Shown here in pieces: positions 12,815 through 24,896 of a stretch of DNA of 64,000 bases (positions are counted from its first letter, which is position 1; each line of letters opens with the position of its first letter). The stretch covers positions 7,936,001 to 8,000,000 of the forward strand of contig NC_090327.1 in the NCBI RefSeq assembly GCF_035084215.1. The letters run 5' to 3'. The stretch is from Heptranchias perlo. Its lineage: Eukaryota. The notes under the pieces were generated by a model. That model searched no databases and was not told the origin of the DNA. It saw only the letters and a list, made by a program, of their open reading frames with translations. The position numbers were made by a program, and so were the translations under genes.

Positions 12815-14852
12815 AAAAAGGGTGTAAAAGAAATGACAGCCATCCGTGGCTAAGTAAAGAAATTAAGGATAGTATCCGACTAAAAACAAGGACATATAAG
12901 GTAGCCAAACTTAGTGGGAGGATAGAAGATTGGGAAGTCTTCAAAAGACAGCAAAAAGTAACTAAAGGATTGATTAAGAAAGGGAAGATAGATTATGAAA
13001 ATAAATTAGCAAAAAATATAAAAAGATAGCAAGAGTTTCTACAGTTATATAAAAAGAAAAAGGGTGGCTAAGGCAAACGTAGGTCCTTTAGAGGATGAGA
13101 CCGGGAAATTAATGGTGGGAAACATGGAGATGGCAAAAATGCTGAACAAATATTTTGTTTCAGTCTTTACGGTAGAGGACACTAAGAATATCCCAACTCT
13201 GGACAAACAGGGGGCTCTGGGGGGTGGGGGCGGGAGGAGCTAAATACGATTAAAATCACTAAGGAATTGGTACTCAGTAAATTAACGGGACTCAAGGCGG
13301 ATAAATCCCCTGGACCTGATGGCTTACATCCGAGGGTCTTGAGGGAAGTGGCAGCAGGGATTGTGGATGCTTTGGTAATAATTTTCCAAAATTCTCTGGA
13401 CTCGGCAAAGGTCCCGGCAGATTGGAAAACCGCTAATGTAACACCCTTATTTAAAAAGGGTAGTAAGCAGAAGGCTGGAAATTATAGACCAGTTAGCCTG
13501 ACATCTGTGGTGGGTAAAATTTTGGAGTCTATTATTAAGGAGACAGTAGCAGAACATTTGGATAAACATAATTTAATAGGACAAAGTCAGCATGGCTTTA
13601 CAAAGGGGAAGTCATGTCTGACAAATTTGCTTGAGTTCTTTGAGGATATAATGTACAGGGTGGATAAAGGGGAACCAGTGGACGTAGTGTATTTGGACTT
13701 CCAGAAGGCATTAGACAAGGTGCCACATAAAAGATTATTGCTCAAGATAAAGAATCACTGGATTGGGGGTAATATTCTGGCATGGGTGGAGGATTGGTTA
13801 TCTAACAGGAAGCAGAGAGTTGGGATAAATGGTACATTCTCGGACTGGCAACCTGTAGCCAGTGGTGTTCCGCAGGGGTCGGTGCTGGGTCCCCAACTCT
13901 TTACAATCTATATTAACGATTTGGAGGAGGGGACCGAGTGTAACATATCAAAGTTTGCAGATGATACAAAGATGGGAGGGAACGTAGAGAGTGAAGAGGA
14001 CATAAAAAACCTACAAGGGGATATAGACAGGCTGGGTGAGTGGGCGGAGATTTGGCAGATGCAATACAATATTGGAAAATGTGAGGTTATGCACTATGGC
14101 AGGAAAAATCAGAGAGCAAGTTATTATCTTAATGGCGAGAAACTGGAAAGTACTGCAGTACAAAGGGATCTGGGGGTCCTAGTGCAAGAAAATCAAAAAG
14201 TTAGTACGCAGGTGCAGCAGGTGATCGAGAAGGCCAACGGAATGTTGGCTTTTATTGCTCGGGGGATAGAATATAAAAACAGGGAGGTATTGCTGCAGTT
14301 ATATAAGGTATTGGTGAGACCGCACCTGGAATACTGCATACAGTTTTGGTCTCCATACTTAAGAAAAGACATACTTGCTCGAGGCAGTACAAAGAAGGTT
14401 CACTCGGTTAATCCCGGGGATGAGGGGGTGGACATATGAGGAGAGGTTGAGTAGATTGGGACTCTACTCATTGGAGTTCAGAAGAATGAGAGGTGATCTT
14501 ATTGAAACATAAAAGATTGTGAAGGGGCTTGATTGGGTGGATGCGGTGAGGTTGTTCCCAAGGATGGGTGAAACTAGAACTAGGGGGCATAATCTTCGAA
14601 TAAGGGGCTGCTCTTTCAAAACGGAGATGAGGAGAAACTTCTTCACTCAGAGGGTAGTAGGTCTGTGGAATTTGCTGCCCCAGGAAGCTGTGGAAGCTAC
14701 ATCATTAAATAAATTTAAAGCAGAAATAGACAGTTTCCTAGAAGTAAAGGGAATTGGACATGAATTTAGATTTGAGGTTAGGATCAGATCAGCCATGAGC
14801 AGGCTCGAGGGGCCGATTGGCCTACTCCTGCTCCTATTTCTTATGTTCTTAT
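12815..14852 (+). mobile_element. Young 5'-truncated CR1 LINE with an uninterrupted RT domain (ORF 13267-14439)
   Basis: 390-aa ORF with [48 protein letters not shown]; frameshift near the C-terminus; intact 3' tail. Confidence 0.95.
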
Positions 14853-14994
14853 AACATTTTCAGAAACGTTAAAGATAACTTGAGAACAGTGAATGAGGAG
14901 TTTGTTGGAATCTGCAACCTGCTCACAATGGCAATGTACTTGATCGCCAATTGCTCAGTGTAATAGTTTACACTACAAAATATCACGTTTATTA

Positions 14995-15388
14995 CAGTCC
15001 CCACCACTTATAGCAGGCGTGTCAGTGTCAGCGCAATTTGCCCACTATGCACTGTAACCTGTGTAAACAAGAAATTTTTTAAAGAAGCACGGAGGGAATC
15101 TTCATCCTCCGTCTCTGCACTCCAGACTGTCTAAATGCCCCAATAATGATCCCAGCGAGCAAAAGATCTGGTCAGTTTCAACTGCAGTGTTAGAGCTGAA
15201 CGGGACCAAAGTACACAGCGACCTTTTAACAAGGTATGAACAGCTGCTTAAACTGCCCAAAATAATCGGTGTGCTTAATGCGGTTTAAACAGCTTTTGTA
15301 ATTGACTGCTATGGTGACAGCGAATGGTCAGAACCATATGCCTGATACAGGTGATTGTCCGGGATAACAGGGAAAGTGGTGGGGACTG
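14995..15388. mobile_element. Tc1/mariner-superfamily (pogo/Tigger-like) MITE
   Basis: Perfect 15-bp TIRs CAGTCCCCACCACTT (14995-15009 and 15374-15388), each flanked by TA; related partial copy at ~42285. Confidence 0.8.
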
Positions 15389-15496
15389 TATTCAAAAATA
15401 GGTGAGCCACTGAATTTACAGAAGAATCATATGTATAAATAAAAACTTTTCTGGATCAGACAGCAACAATGAAAATGTGAATGTGTGATGAATAGT

Positions 15497-15673
15497 CAAA
15501 CAAATAAAAAGTAAAATACTGCAGGTGTTGGAAAACTGAAATAAACACAAAATGATAGATGCAGTCCGGAGGTCAGGCAAAGCAACCATTCCCTCATCAA
15601 CACCCTGGTCCACTCCTCCATCATCCCAATCACCTGCTCTCCTTCCCCCAGTACTTTCACATGCACACGCAGG
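15497..15673. mobile_element. Penelope-like element fragment (inverted terminal piece plus ORF piece)
   Basis: aaatactgcaggtgttggaaaactgaaataaacacaaaatg resembles the reverse complement of the PLE 3' end seen at 6180-6260 and 42720-42770; followed by a C-rich PLE-like body. Confidence 0.5.
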
Positions 15674-16234
15674 TTGATACTGTGTATACGGACATTCAAA
15701 AGGCATTTGATAAAGTATCACATAAGACATGTCAGCAAAATTGAAGCCCATGGGAATTAAGGGACAGTGGCAGCGTGGTTACAAAATTGGGTAAGGGACA
15801 AAAAGTAGAGAGTAGTGGTGAACAGTTGTTTTTCAGACTGGAGGGAAGTATACAGTGGTGTTCCCCAAGGGTCAGTATTTGGACCACTGCTCTTTTGATA
15901 TATATTAATGATCTGGACTTGGGTATGTAGTGTATAATTTCAATGTTTGCAGATAGCATGAAACTCAGAAATGTAAACAATGTGGAGGATAGTAACAGAC
16001 TTCAGGAGGACAAAGACTGGTGAAATGGGCAGACACATGGCAGATGAAATTTAACACAAGTGTGAAGTGATACATTTTGATTGGAAGAATGAGAAGCAAT
16101 ATAAACGAAATGGTATAATTTTAAAGGGGGTGCAGGAACACAGACACCTGGGGGTGCACATACACAAATCTTTGAAGGTGGCAGGACAGGTGGCTGTTAA
16201 AAAAGCATATAGGATCCTGGGCTTTATTAAGAGA

Positions 16235-16514
16235 TGATGTGGAGATGCCGGTGATGGACTGGGGTTGACAATTGTAAACAATTTTACAACACCAAGTTAT
16301 AGTCCAGCAATTTTATTTTAAATTCACAAGCTTTCGGAGGCTTCCTCCTTCCTCAGGTAAATGTTCAGGAGCTCCTCGAAGCCTACGCATTTATAAATGC
16401 GTAGGCTTCGAGGAGCTCCTGAACATTTACCTGAGGAAGGAGGAAGCCTCCGAAAGCTTGTGAATTTAAAATAAAATTGCTGGACTATAACTTGGTGTTG
16501 TAAAATTGTTTACA
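16235..16514 (-). mobile_element. Penelope-like inverted pseudo-LTR insertion: 242-bp perfect palindrome plus 38-bp tail
   Basis: Arms 16273-16393 and 16394-16514 are exact reverse complements; TSD TTTATTAAGAGA at 16223-16234 and 16515-16526. Confidence 0.85.
16425..16465 (+). ncRNA. Minimal type I hammerhead ribozyme motif (mirror copy at 16322-16362 on the minus strand)
   Basis: Stem I ATTTAC/GTGAAT; core CTGAGGA; stem II GGAGG-AAG-CCTCC; GAAA; self-complementary AGCT in place of stem III; cleavage triplet CUU. Confidence 0.75.
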
Positions 16515-17117
16515 TTTATTAAGAGAGGCGTAGAGTACAAAAGCAAGGAAGTTATGCTAAACCTTTACAAAACACTGGTTAGGCCTCAGCTGGAATATAG
16601 TGTTTAATTCTGGGCACCACACTTTAGGAAGGATGTCAAGGCCTTAGAGAGGGTGCAGAAGAGATTTACTAGAATGGTACTAGGGATGAGGGTCTTCAGT
16701 CATGGAGAGACTGGAGAAGCTGGGGTTGTTCTCCTTAGAACAGAGAAGGGCAGATTTGATAGAGATGCTCAAAATCATGATCGGTTTTGTTAAGGAGAAA
16801 CTGTTCCCAGTGGCAGAAGGGTCAGTAACCAGAGGACACAGATTTAAGGTGATCAGCAAAAGAGCCAGAAGGGACATGAAAAGATTTTTTTTTTAAAACA
16901 GTGAGTTACGATCTGGAATGCACTGCCCGAAAGGGTGGTGGAAGCAGATTCAATAGTAACTTTCAAAAGGGAATTGGATAAATACTTCAAGGGAAAAAAT
17001 TTACAGGGCTATGGGGAAAGAGCAGGGGAGTGGGACTAATTGGATAGCTCTTTCAAAGAACCGGCACTGGCACGATGGGCTGAATGACCTCTTCCTGTGC
17101 TGTACCCCATTATGATA

Positions 17118-17905
17118 CCTATCCTTTCACCTCCTCCCATACCACGATCCAGGGCTCCAAACATTACTTCGCTACTCTCAACGTGGTCGCCTTTACATTG
17201 GGGAGATCAAACACAGATTGAGTGATCGCTTTGCTGAAGTGTTCTGCCCGCAAGTGCAATTCCGAGCTCCCGGTCGCTTGCCACTGGAGAGTTCCATCCC
17301 ACTCTCGTCGATCTGCCCTTGGGCCTTCTACACTGTTCTAATGAAGCTCGACACAAGTTCATGGAACAGCACCTCATATTTGCACTTGCAACCCTCTGCC
17401 CTGAGCACTAACTTCAACAACTTCCAACCTTGACCACAGCTCCCATTTTCTCGGTCACTGGGTGCTGGTAACGTGGGATGGGTGTACCAGCCCTTCTGGG
17501 GATGAGGACGGTTGTGGGTCGGTGCTTGGGATGGTGATTCCCCTACCGGTACTCGGCTGGCAGGGTGCTTTGCACCCCTGGTGACTACTTGCCTTCTTCT
17601 TCCATCATGCCCCAGTGCCACTGGAGCCAGTTTTTCCATCCTTCCCTCCCCGCTTTGCTATTCCGCTTTAAACATGCACACATCCTCTGTCTTGCACATA
17701 GTTTTTATTTCTCTAATCTCTTCTCAAGCCTCCATTTGTCTTATGCTATTATCGCTGCTGCCATTTAATCATCTGCTCTCCACCTAAATCATTTTACAGA
17801 TGATTCTTTTCTTGTTTATGTGGTCATTTTTCCCCGACCCCTTTTCCCTTGGTCTGCTCCTCCTTATAAGCCAAGTGTTTCCACCATTTTCTGTTTTTAT
17901 TTCAA
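17118..17905 (+). mobile_element. Penelope-like element remnant (GIY-YIG endonuclease region)
   Basis: 17191-17238 reads LYIGEIKHRLSDRFAE, then EQHLI...LQPS...NFNNF; degenerate PLE 3' end (ccattttctgtttttatttc) near 17885-17903. Confidence 0.7.
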
Positions 17906-18084
17906 AGAAACACTTGAGTGCCCATAAAAATCCATTTTATGAGCATTTCCCCACAATCCACTAGTCTCCCAAACCATTTTTTAAAACTTTACAAATAACC
18001 ACCCTCTTTTCTTTTGAAAAAAATGCAACAGTAGTGCCTACGAGGACAAACCCCAAATAACTTCAGCAACTTTAGCAATGTCTG

Positions 18085-18495
18085 AGTACGGTAATGTGGT
18101 GGTTATTTACTGGACTAGTAATCCAGAGAACGCAAGTTCAAATCCCACCATGGGCAGTTTGAGAATTTGAATTCAGTTTCAATAATCTAGAAATAAAAAG
18201 CTGATATCAGTAAAAGTGGCCACGAAGCTGTCTGATTGTCATAAAAGCCCAAGTGGTTCACTGCTGTGCTTTAGGGAAGGAAACCTGCCGTCCTTACCCA
18301 GCTTGCCCAATATATAACTCCAGCCCCACAACACCATGGTTGACTCTTAACTGTCCTCTATCAACACCGGTTCAAAGAATACAGATGTCAACAGTTCAAG
18401 AAGGCCCACCAACCACCTTCTCAGGGCAACTAGGGATGGACAATTAATGCCAACCTTAACAGCGATGCCCACATCCCGAGAATTAATATAAAAAA
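18085..18495 (+). mobile_element. tRNA-derived SINE with a LINE-derived tail
   Basis: Pol III-like head (ggtaatgtggtggtt...gttcaaatccc); body and tail homologous to 52099-52528; tail shared with the LINE at 7688-8280. Confidence 0.75.
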
Positions 18496-19296
18496 CCTCA
18501 GCTATATGTACCACTTTCTTTAAAGCAGAAGTTGTTGGTGACGTAAGGTGGGACGGTCAGTGTCAGAGGGAAAGGGGAAGCAAGTTAATAATTTGCGTTT
18601 AGTACAGTGCTGGCAGGAGAGTTTGCATCTAGTTGGCCTGGTTCTTTTTCTTTTCAGGACTGGCAACCCTGTTTTGCAGCACTTTCTTTTCATCGCAGTC
18701 CTGCTGCATTTGCGTTTTTTCCTTTCTCCAATTTCTCACGCTTTGTTGCCCTTTCATGACTGTGGCGCACCAACCCCCCAACCTAACTAATTGCACTTTT
18801 TTTTTTGTCTTTCTACTGCTTCATTGGTTGAAAACTCATGATGCAAAAGAGACGTTTGCAGGCTATTACCCCCCATGACTGGGGTAACCGTTTTGCCCCA
18901 CCCCACCCCCCACTTTTCTCTATTTTCCGCAAACTTATCACAACATCCCCTAATCTTTCTCAGGTCTGAAGGAGTACGCACCCCAAACATTATCTTGTCC
19001 TTTGCCTTTACATATGTTGACTGACCCACAATGTATTTTCAGCATTTTCTATTCTTGGCTTCAAGTTGGCTTTTCTGCACATGCTATTTGTACAGAGATA
19101 CAGCACAGAAGGAGGCCATTCTGCCCATTGTGCCTGTGCCAGATTTGAATGGTTGCAAAATGAAATTCAAATCACAGTTTGCCATTGTATATAAGGGTAT
19201 GTAAAGTGAATTCATCAATTTTAACCATCTCTCCTTCTCAACGAACAGCTCCAAAATGGAGACAACGCCTGTTTTTTTTTTTAAAATGACCTTTAC

Positions 19297-19393
19297 CATT
19301 GATCGAATTATCCAACCCATCCAGCTCTAGTGCATTCGTGTAGTTTTCTTTATTCTTGTTGACAAGCGAAACAAGATCATCTTCACAGATCTC
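19297..19393 (-). CDS. TRAPPC8: TRAPPC8 coding exon 6 (97 nt)
   Basis: tgtttattaaag / EICEDDLVSLVNKNKENYTNALELDGLDNSIN+G / GTAAAG; phase 0 in and phase 1 out link exons 5 and 7; LDGLDN motif retained. Absent from the ORF track. Confidence 0.9.
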
Positions 19394-19819
19394 CTTTAAT
19401 AAACAGATAAGACAAATTCAAAAATACTTCATAGAATAACATTAAAATATAAAATTTAAAAATTGGGTACAAGGTACATAGTCTCAAAAAAGGTACAACT
19501 GAGGGACACAAGGTTATGCCAAGCTCAGACCGATGGGATTTCCTCTCTGATGGATACAATGACGTTGTGATTCCAGCCTAGTTTCAATTCGTTTGGAGTC
19601 TACAGAGCAAAATGGCAATTTCAGTTGGGGCCATAAGGGGGTAATGGGCCACGATGGTGCAGAGTGCGGGATTTCCTTCAGAAGGTGGGGTTTTACTCCG
19701 ACTGTACCCGACTTCTGCACCAACATCCACTTTAGTAAGTATTGAAAAAAAGTAAATTGGAATTAGTGTGTTAGACAAAGCTGACAACTCAACATACTAA
19801 TTATTATTTTTAAACTTAC

Positions 19820-20125
19820 TTCAGTGCAGTGCTGAGGGAGTACTGAAGTGATGAGCCGTTAAATCTCTCTGCTTGGGTTAAACCCTGTCTTCTTTGACAA
19901 CATTCAAAAAGCACGGAAGTTCTTCCACAGTCCTACCCAACATTTATCCCTCTACCACCACCAAAAGCCGATTAGCTGGTGACTTACTTCATTGCTATTT
20001 ATGGGACTTCAATTGGCTGCCCTATTTGCCTGAACAAACAGTGATTACACTTAAAAAGTACTTCAGCGGCTGTGAAGCACTTTGGGACGTCCCGAGGTCA
20101 GTCTGTCGAAAGAGATATATCCAAG
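19820..20125 (+). mobile_element. Degenerate Deu-domain SINE abutting the exon 5 donor
   Basis: cagtgcagtgctgagggagtactg...acatttatccctc...gtgaagcactttgggacgtcccgagg, matching the copy at 23061. Confidence 0.65.
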
Positions 20126-20132
20126 TGCCTAC

Positions 20133-20286
20133 CTGGTTTTGCAGATTATTTCGATTCAAATACTGACTCCAAGGGTCGGGGATCTGCTCATCTGCTCCAC
20201 TTGATGGTATTCGAGAGTTAAACTTCAGCAAGTAGCATCCCTGTGTCCCATATCTCTGTTTCATTTCTTCGTAAACAGATTCAGCT
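20133..20286 (-). CDS. TRAPPC8: TRAPPC8 coding exon 5 (154 nt)
   Basis: tgtcctgcag / (R)AESVYEEMKQRYGTQGCYLLKFNSRIPSSGADEQIPDPWSQYLNRNNLQNQ / GTAGGC. Confidence 0.97.
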
Positions 20287-22461
20287 CTGCAGGACAAGTT
20301 AGAAACCAGAGGTAACATGGTTCAAATCAGAGGTATTAATCCAACAGTGAAATAAAAAGGAAACAGTAAAAATAAACGCTGCACGTACCAACTACTGTGG
20401 ATATTAATCTGGTCAGTGTTCAGATATATATCAAAATAGTGGACAAAGTACTACATTTGTAGATGCAAGTGGTTACATCTCTATCAAATAGTTCCATATA
20501 ACCACAAGAAACTACCACGGTAAAATCCTACAATGTACAAAAATTCAACTTCAAAATTGGTCAATTATTGAAATATGGATTTCTCAAAAGAAATGTTGTC
20601 CTTTTAATAAGGGAAATTCAAACTTCAACTGGCAAGCATGTGGTTTCTTTTCACACAACTTAAAAGAATACACCAGAATAGGGCCCTCCAATGCCATTGC
20701 CCTTAAGTGTTCACAAAAAAAAAATCCTGCCTTTTAAAATTTGGAATATTTTGCTAAGTAGCAGCTTGCCTTGCGGCTAAGGTTACGATTTTGCAGTATT
20801 TAGGATACTGGCCATTGGAATACATAATGATCAGTCATCTCCCAATTGGTTCTCTTTAAAAGCTAGCTTTCGTCAACAAAAAAATGCTCAGTAAGGCTAA
20901 CGGAGTTTTCCCACCAAGAAAATTTAAGTCTTTACACAGTTTTAATAGTAAAGTCGCAAATTAATGATATGATACTGATCAACTGTGTTCAACTATCAGG
21001 TTTATCACAAATGTTAAAAGTAAACATGAAGCTATTTGAATTCAAGACAAAACTGATCTTGTAGGACAGATAAAGGGTACTGTTGTCTGTGTTACTTCAT
21101 ATAATTGATCACATTTTAGAAAACAGTACAATTTGCACTTGATGTGATAGCATTCATTTATTGATCCTTAACATGACACGATTTAATGCCAGCCAACCTA
21201 TTACAATAGCAATTTTTCCAATTAATTTCTTCTCCACATATTATGGATAATGATTCAAACCTGGAAAAGCTGTTTCATAGGAACAGGAGTAGGCATTCAG
21301 CCCCTTGAGCCTGTTTCGCCGATAGAGATGTCCATCAAGTCATCAATATGACATTTCCCTTTCAATACCTCCAATCAAGTTCTTTCAATGAGGATCAATT
21401 AACAATTATAAACAAAAGAATATTTTTCTCATTTCAATTTTAAACCCTAACGCTCTGACAATTGGTTTGAAGTGTTTTATTAATAATTCAGCCACCTTTT
21501 TTGTGACATGGTGTCTAGCTTCCATAGAATAGTTGACTTGGTTTCTTGAACGTTAGTTCTACTAGGGCCCAACATGCATGAACAAAACTACTCAGCTTCC
21601 ACTTTTATAAGCACTAAGCATAACAGACATAATAGGCAAGCATCCTTGGAATCTCAAACAAATGTTTTTCTTCCGATAGTCTCCCAGCACCATGGAATTA
21701 CAGAACTAGATAAATATCTGTTTCCCCGCCCCCCCCTCCCCAGTGCACTTCAAATGGTGAATGGTAATGAACCATGAGCCTGCCTTTGCAGAAAGGCTGA
21801 AATGGCTCAAGTTGTGATAGCATAGACTTTTTGTGGCCACCTTTCTGACTTGGGCTGAGCTTCAACGATCATGAAAAAGGAATTGCTTTGAGTTACAGCT
21901 TAGGGCACCCATCTATTCTGCTAAGGACTGTTCAGAACAATGCTAATGTGGCCACTATTGTCTTTTATACAGCAGAGTGCAGAAGAACATCTGGTCACTC
22001 TGGGTGCAATTTTCTCAGTGTACCAAGTAATTTTGTTATGTAGAATAATGATATCCTACTTGTTGACTGGTTGAATAAATGAGATCTTGGATTTTTCTCC
22101 TTTAATACTGTTCATAACGAAGTCAGAAGGAGATCAGAATCTATGCTGCAGATCCCTTATTACCACAAGTGCTGTACCATGACATGCTGACAAGGGCACT
22201 ACAGCCATTCTCTTGCCGTCCTCTTCCCTCTCCCAGAATATGCCACATCAAGCACATAAATTATTGAAGGAAACAAAAGACAAGAAATCAAGGGCTGCAA
22301 ACTCAGTGACAAAGCTTGGGAAGTCCAGAATTAAACCACTTAACTGCCTGAGAGAACACCTCGCCTCTAAGCTTGAGCCCATATTCCCTGATTTTAGACT
22401 TTGAAGGCAATTTTCACCATTTCTAAAGAGCTATCCCAAGATTAAACAAAAAAAACCTTAC

Positions 22462-22636
22462 CTTTGTTCCTCCCCTTCACTAACGTCATGCAGTAAAACG
22501 TAATATTTCAGTGTATTTGGAATAAACCACTTTGGGTAGGCGTAGTCACTGCTATGTTGAATACGATGTTGCTCTTGTGACAACTTCAAAAACTGGTCCA
22601 CAGGATCAGGGTCTCTCGACGACACTACAAGCATGC
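22462..22636 (-). CDS. TRAPPC8: TRAPPC8 coding exon 4 (175 nt)
   Basis: ctttaag / (C)MLVVSSRDPDPVDQFLKLSQEQHRIQHSSDYAYPKWFIPNTLKYYVLLHDVSEGEEQ+AG / GTAAGG. Confidence 0.96.
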
Positions 22637-23060
22637 CTTAAAGAACATGGTTGAGGAAAATACCTAACAAGCAATTTAAACCCAATTTTGAAGATTTCAA
22701 AATTTGATAGTCATCAGCTGCCTTTGGCTTGACTGAGAAAAAAGGTGAGACTACTTGGTAATTCAGCGATACATCAATCAATCACTGATTCTCATCTCTC
22801 TTCAATAACAAAGTCTCAAGCTCAGAGACTGTCACTGCAGAGAGGCTGAGGCAGAAGTATTCATGATAAAGTCCAAATGCACGTTAAGCTCGTGACACGC
22901 AAGAGCTGTGTCCTGTTCTCGTCCATGGTTTGTAGTTCCTAGGCATGTAACAGAAAGACTTAATTCGGCCAACGTGCAAGAGGTCTAGGACCAAACTGGA
23001 TGATGAATATGTGACAAAGATGGAACTGTTGGAAGCCTCACAGCAGACGAGAGATTTGGT

Positions 23061-24896
23061 GTCATCTGTGGCTCAGTGGTAGTACTCTTACTTCTGAGTC
23101 AGAAGATTGCGAGTTCATGTCCCACTCCAGAGACTGGAGCACAAAATCTAGGCTGATGCTCCCAGTGCAGTACTGAGAGAGTGCTGTATTGTCGGAGGTG
23201 CCGTCTTTCAGAGATGTTAAACCAAGGCCCCGTCGGCCCTCGCAGGTGGAAATAAAAGATCCCATGGCACTATTTTGAAAAGCAGGGGAGTTCTCCCGAG
23301 TATCCAGGTCAATATTTATCCCTCAACCAACATCGAATCTTAAAAAGGTTACAGCACGGAAGGAGGCCATTCGGCCCAGAGTCCGCGCCGGCTCTATGCA
23401 AGAGCAATCCAGTTACTCCCACTCCCCTGCTCTATCCCCGTGGCCCTGCAAACATTTTCCTTTCAAGTACTTATCCAGTTCCCTTTTGAAGGCCATGATT
23501 GAATCTGCCTCCACCACCTCCTCGGGCAGTGCATTCCAGATCCTAACCACTCGCTGTGTAAAAAGCTTTTCCTCATGTCACCTTTGGTTCTTTAGCCAAT
23601 CACCTTCAATCTATGTCCTCTGGTTCTTCACTCTTCCAACAACAGAAACAGTTTCTCTTATCTGCTCTGTCTAGACCCTTCATGATTTTGAATACCTCTA
23701 TCAAATCTCCTCACAACCATCTGTGTTCAAAGGGAAACAACCCCAGCTTCTCCAGTCTATTCATATAACTAAAGTCTCTCATCCCTGGAATCATTCCAGT
23801 AAATCTCTTCTGCACCCTCTCAAAGGCCTTTACATGTTTCCTGATGTGCGGTTCCCAGAACTGGACACAATACTCCAGTTGTGGCTGAACCAGTGTTTTA
23901 TAAAAGGTTCACCATGACTTCCTTGCTTTTGTACTTTATGCCTCTATATATCAAGTCCAAGATCCTGTATGCTTTTTTAAACTGCTTTCTCAACCTGCCC
24001 TGCCACCTTCAACGGTTTGTGCACATATACCCCCAGATCTCTGTTCCTGTACCCCTTTTAGAATTGTGCCCTCTAGTTTATATTGCCTCTCCTCGTTCTT
24101 CCTACCGAAATGTATTACTTTACATTTTTCTGCCTTAAATTTCATCTGCCCTGTGTTCGCCCATGCCACCGGCCTGTTTATATCCTCTTGAAGTCTATCA
24201 CTATCCTCATTGTTTACTACCCTTCCAAGTTTTGCGCCCTATACACCCAAGTCCAAGTCATTAATGTATCAAGAAAACCAGTGGTCCCAACACCAACCCC
24301 CGGGGAACACTACTCTACACCTCCCTCCAGTCCGAAAAACAAACGGTCACCGCTACTCTGTTTCCTGTCCCTTAACCAATTCTGTATCCACGTTGCTACT
24401 GCCCCCTTTATTCCATGGGCCGCAATCTTGATGACAAGCCAACCTTGCTGCACTTTAACACATCTTTTGAAAGTCCATATAGACCACATCAACTGCATTA
24501 CCCTCATCTACCCTCTGTTACCTCATCAAAAAACCCTCAGGTTAGTTAAACATGATTTGCCTTTAACAAATCCGTGCTGGCTTTCCCTAATCAATCCACC
24601 CTTGTCCAAGTGACTGTTAATTCTGTCCCGGATTATCGTTTCTAAAAGTTTCCCCTTCACTGAGGTTGAACTAACTGGCCTATAGTTGCTGGGTTTATCC
24701 TTACACCCTTTTTTGAACAAGGGTGTATCATCACAAAAAAGATTATCTGGTCATCATTGTAGGTCCTTGCTGTGCGCAAATTGGCTGTCGCGTTTCCTAC
24801 ATTACAGCAGTGACTACACTTCATTAGCTGTAAAGCACTTTGGGACAATCCAAGTTTGTGAAAGACACTATATAACTGCAAGTCTTTTTTTCTTTC
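23061..24896 (+). mobile_element. Full-length Deu-domain SINE split by a CR1 insertion (SINE parts 23061-23334 and 24728-24896)
   Basis: A box tggctcagtgg, B-box-like gagttcatgtccc, Deu core ggaggtgccgtctttc...aaagatcccatggcact; L2-like tail resumes after the CR1. Confidence 0.8.
23335..24727 (-). mobile_element. CR1 LINE 3' portion nested in the SINE inside the U12 intron
   Basis: ORF 24526..24720 (FKKGCKDKPSNYRPVS...QHGFVKGKSCLTNL); same subfamily as 15674-17112. Confidence 0.9.

Larger units (their letters stand above)
15674..17112 (+). mobile_element. CR1 LINE 3' half, interrupted by the palindromic insertion
   Basis: VDTVYTDIQKAFDKVSH...LEKLGLFSLEQRR...TRGHRFKVI; CR1 sequence resumes after 16526. 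Confidence 0.9.

Noticed and set aside
13267-14439. RT as a retron, group II intron or other prokaryotic-type system
   Set aside because: Motifs and 3' tail are typical vertebrate CR1, in a spliceosomal intron.
22998-23070. Box C-like ATGATGA suggesting an intronic snoRNA
   Set aside because: Antisense to the host gene, with no suitably placed D box or terminal stem.
23061-23130. tRNA gene
   Set aside because: A/B-box-like motifs are SINE heads; no cloverleaf, and the SINE body follows directly.
24083-24613. 176-aa plus-strand ORF
   Set aside because: Antisense frame of a minus-strand CR1.
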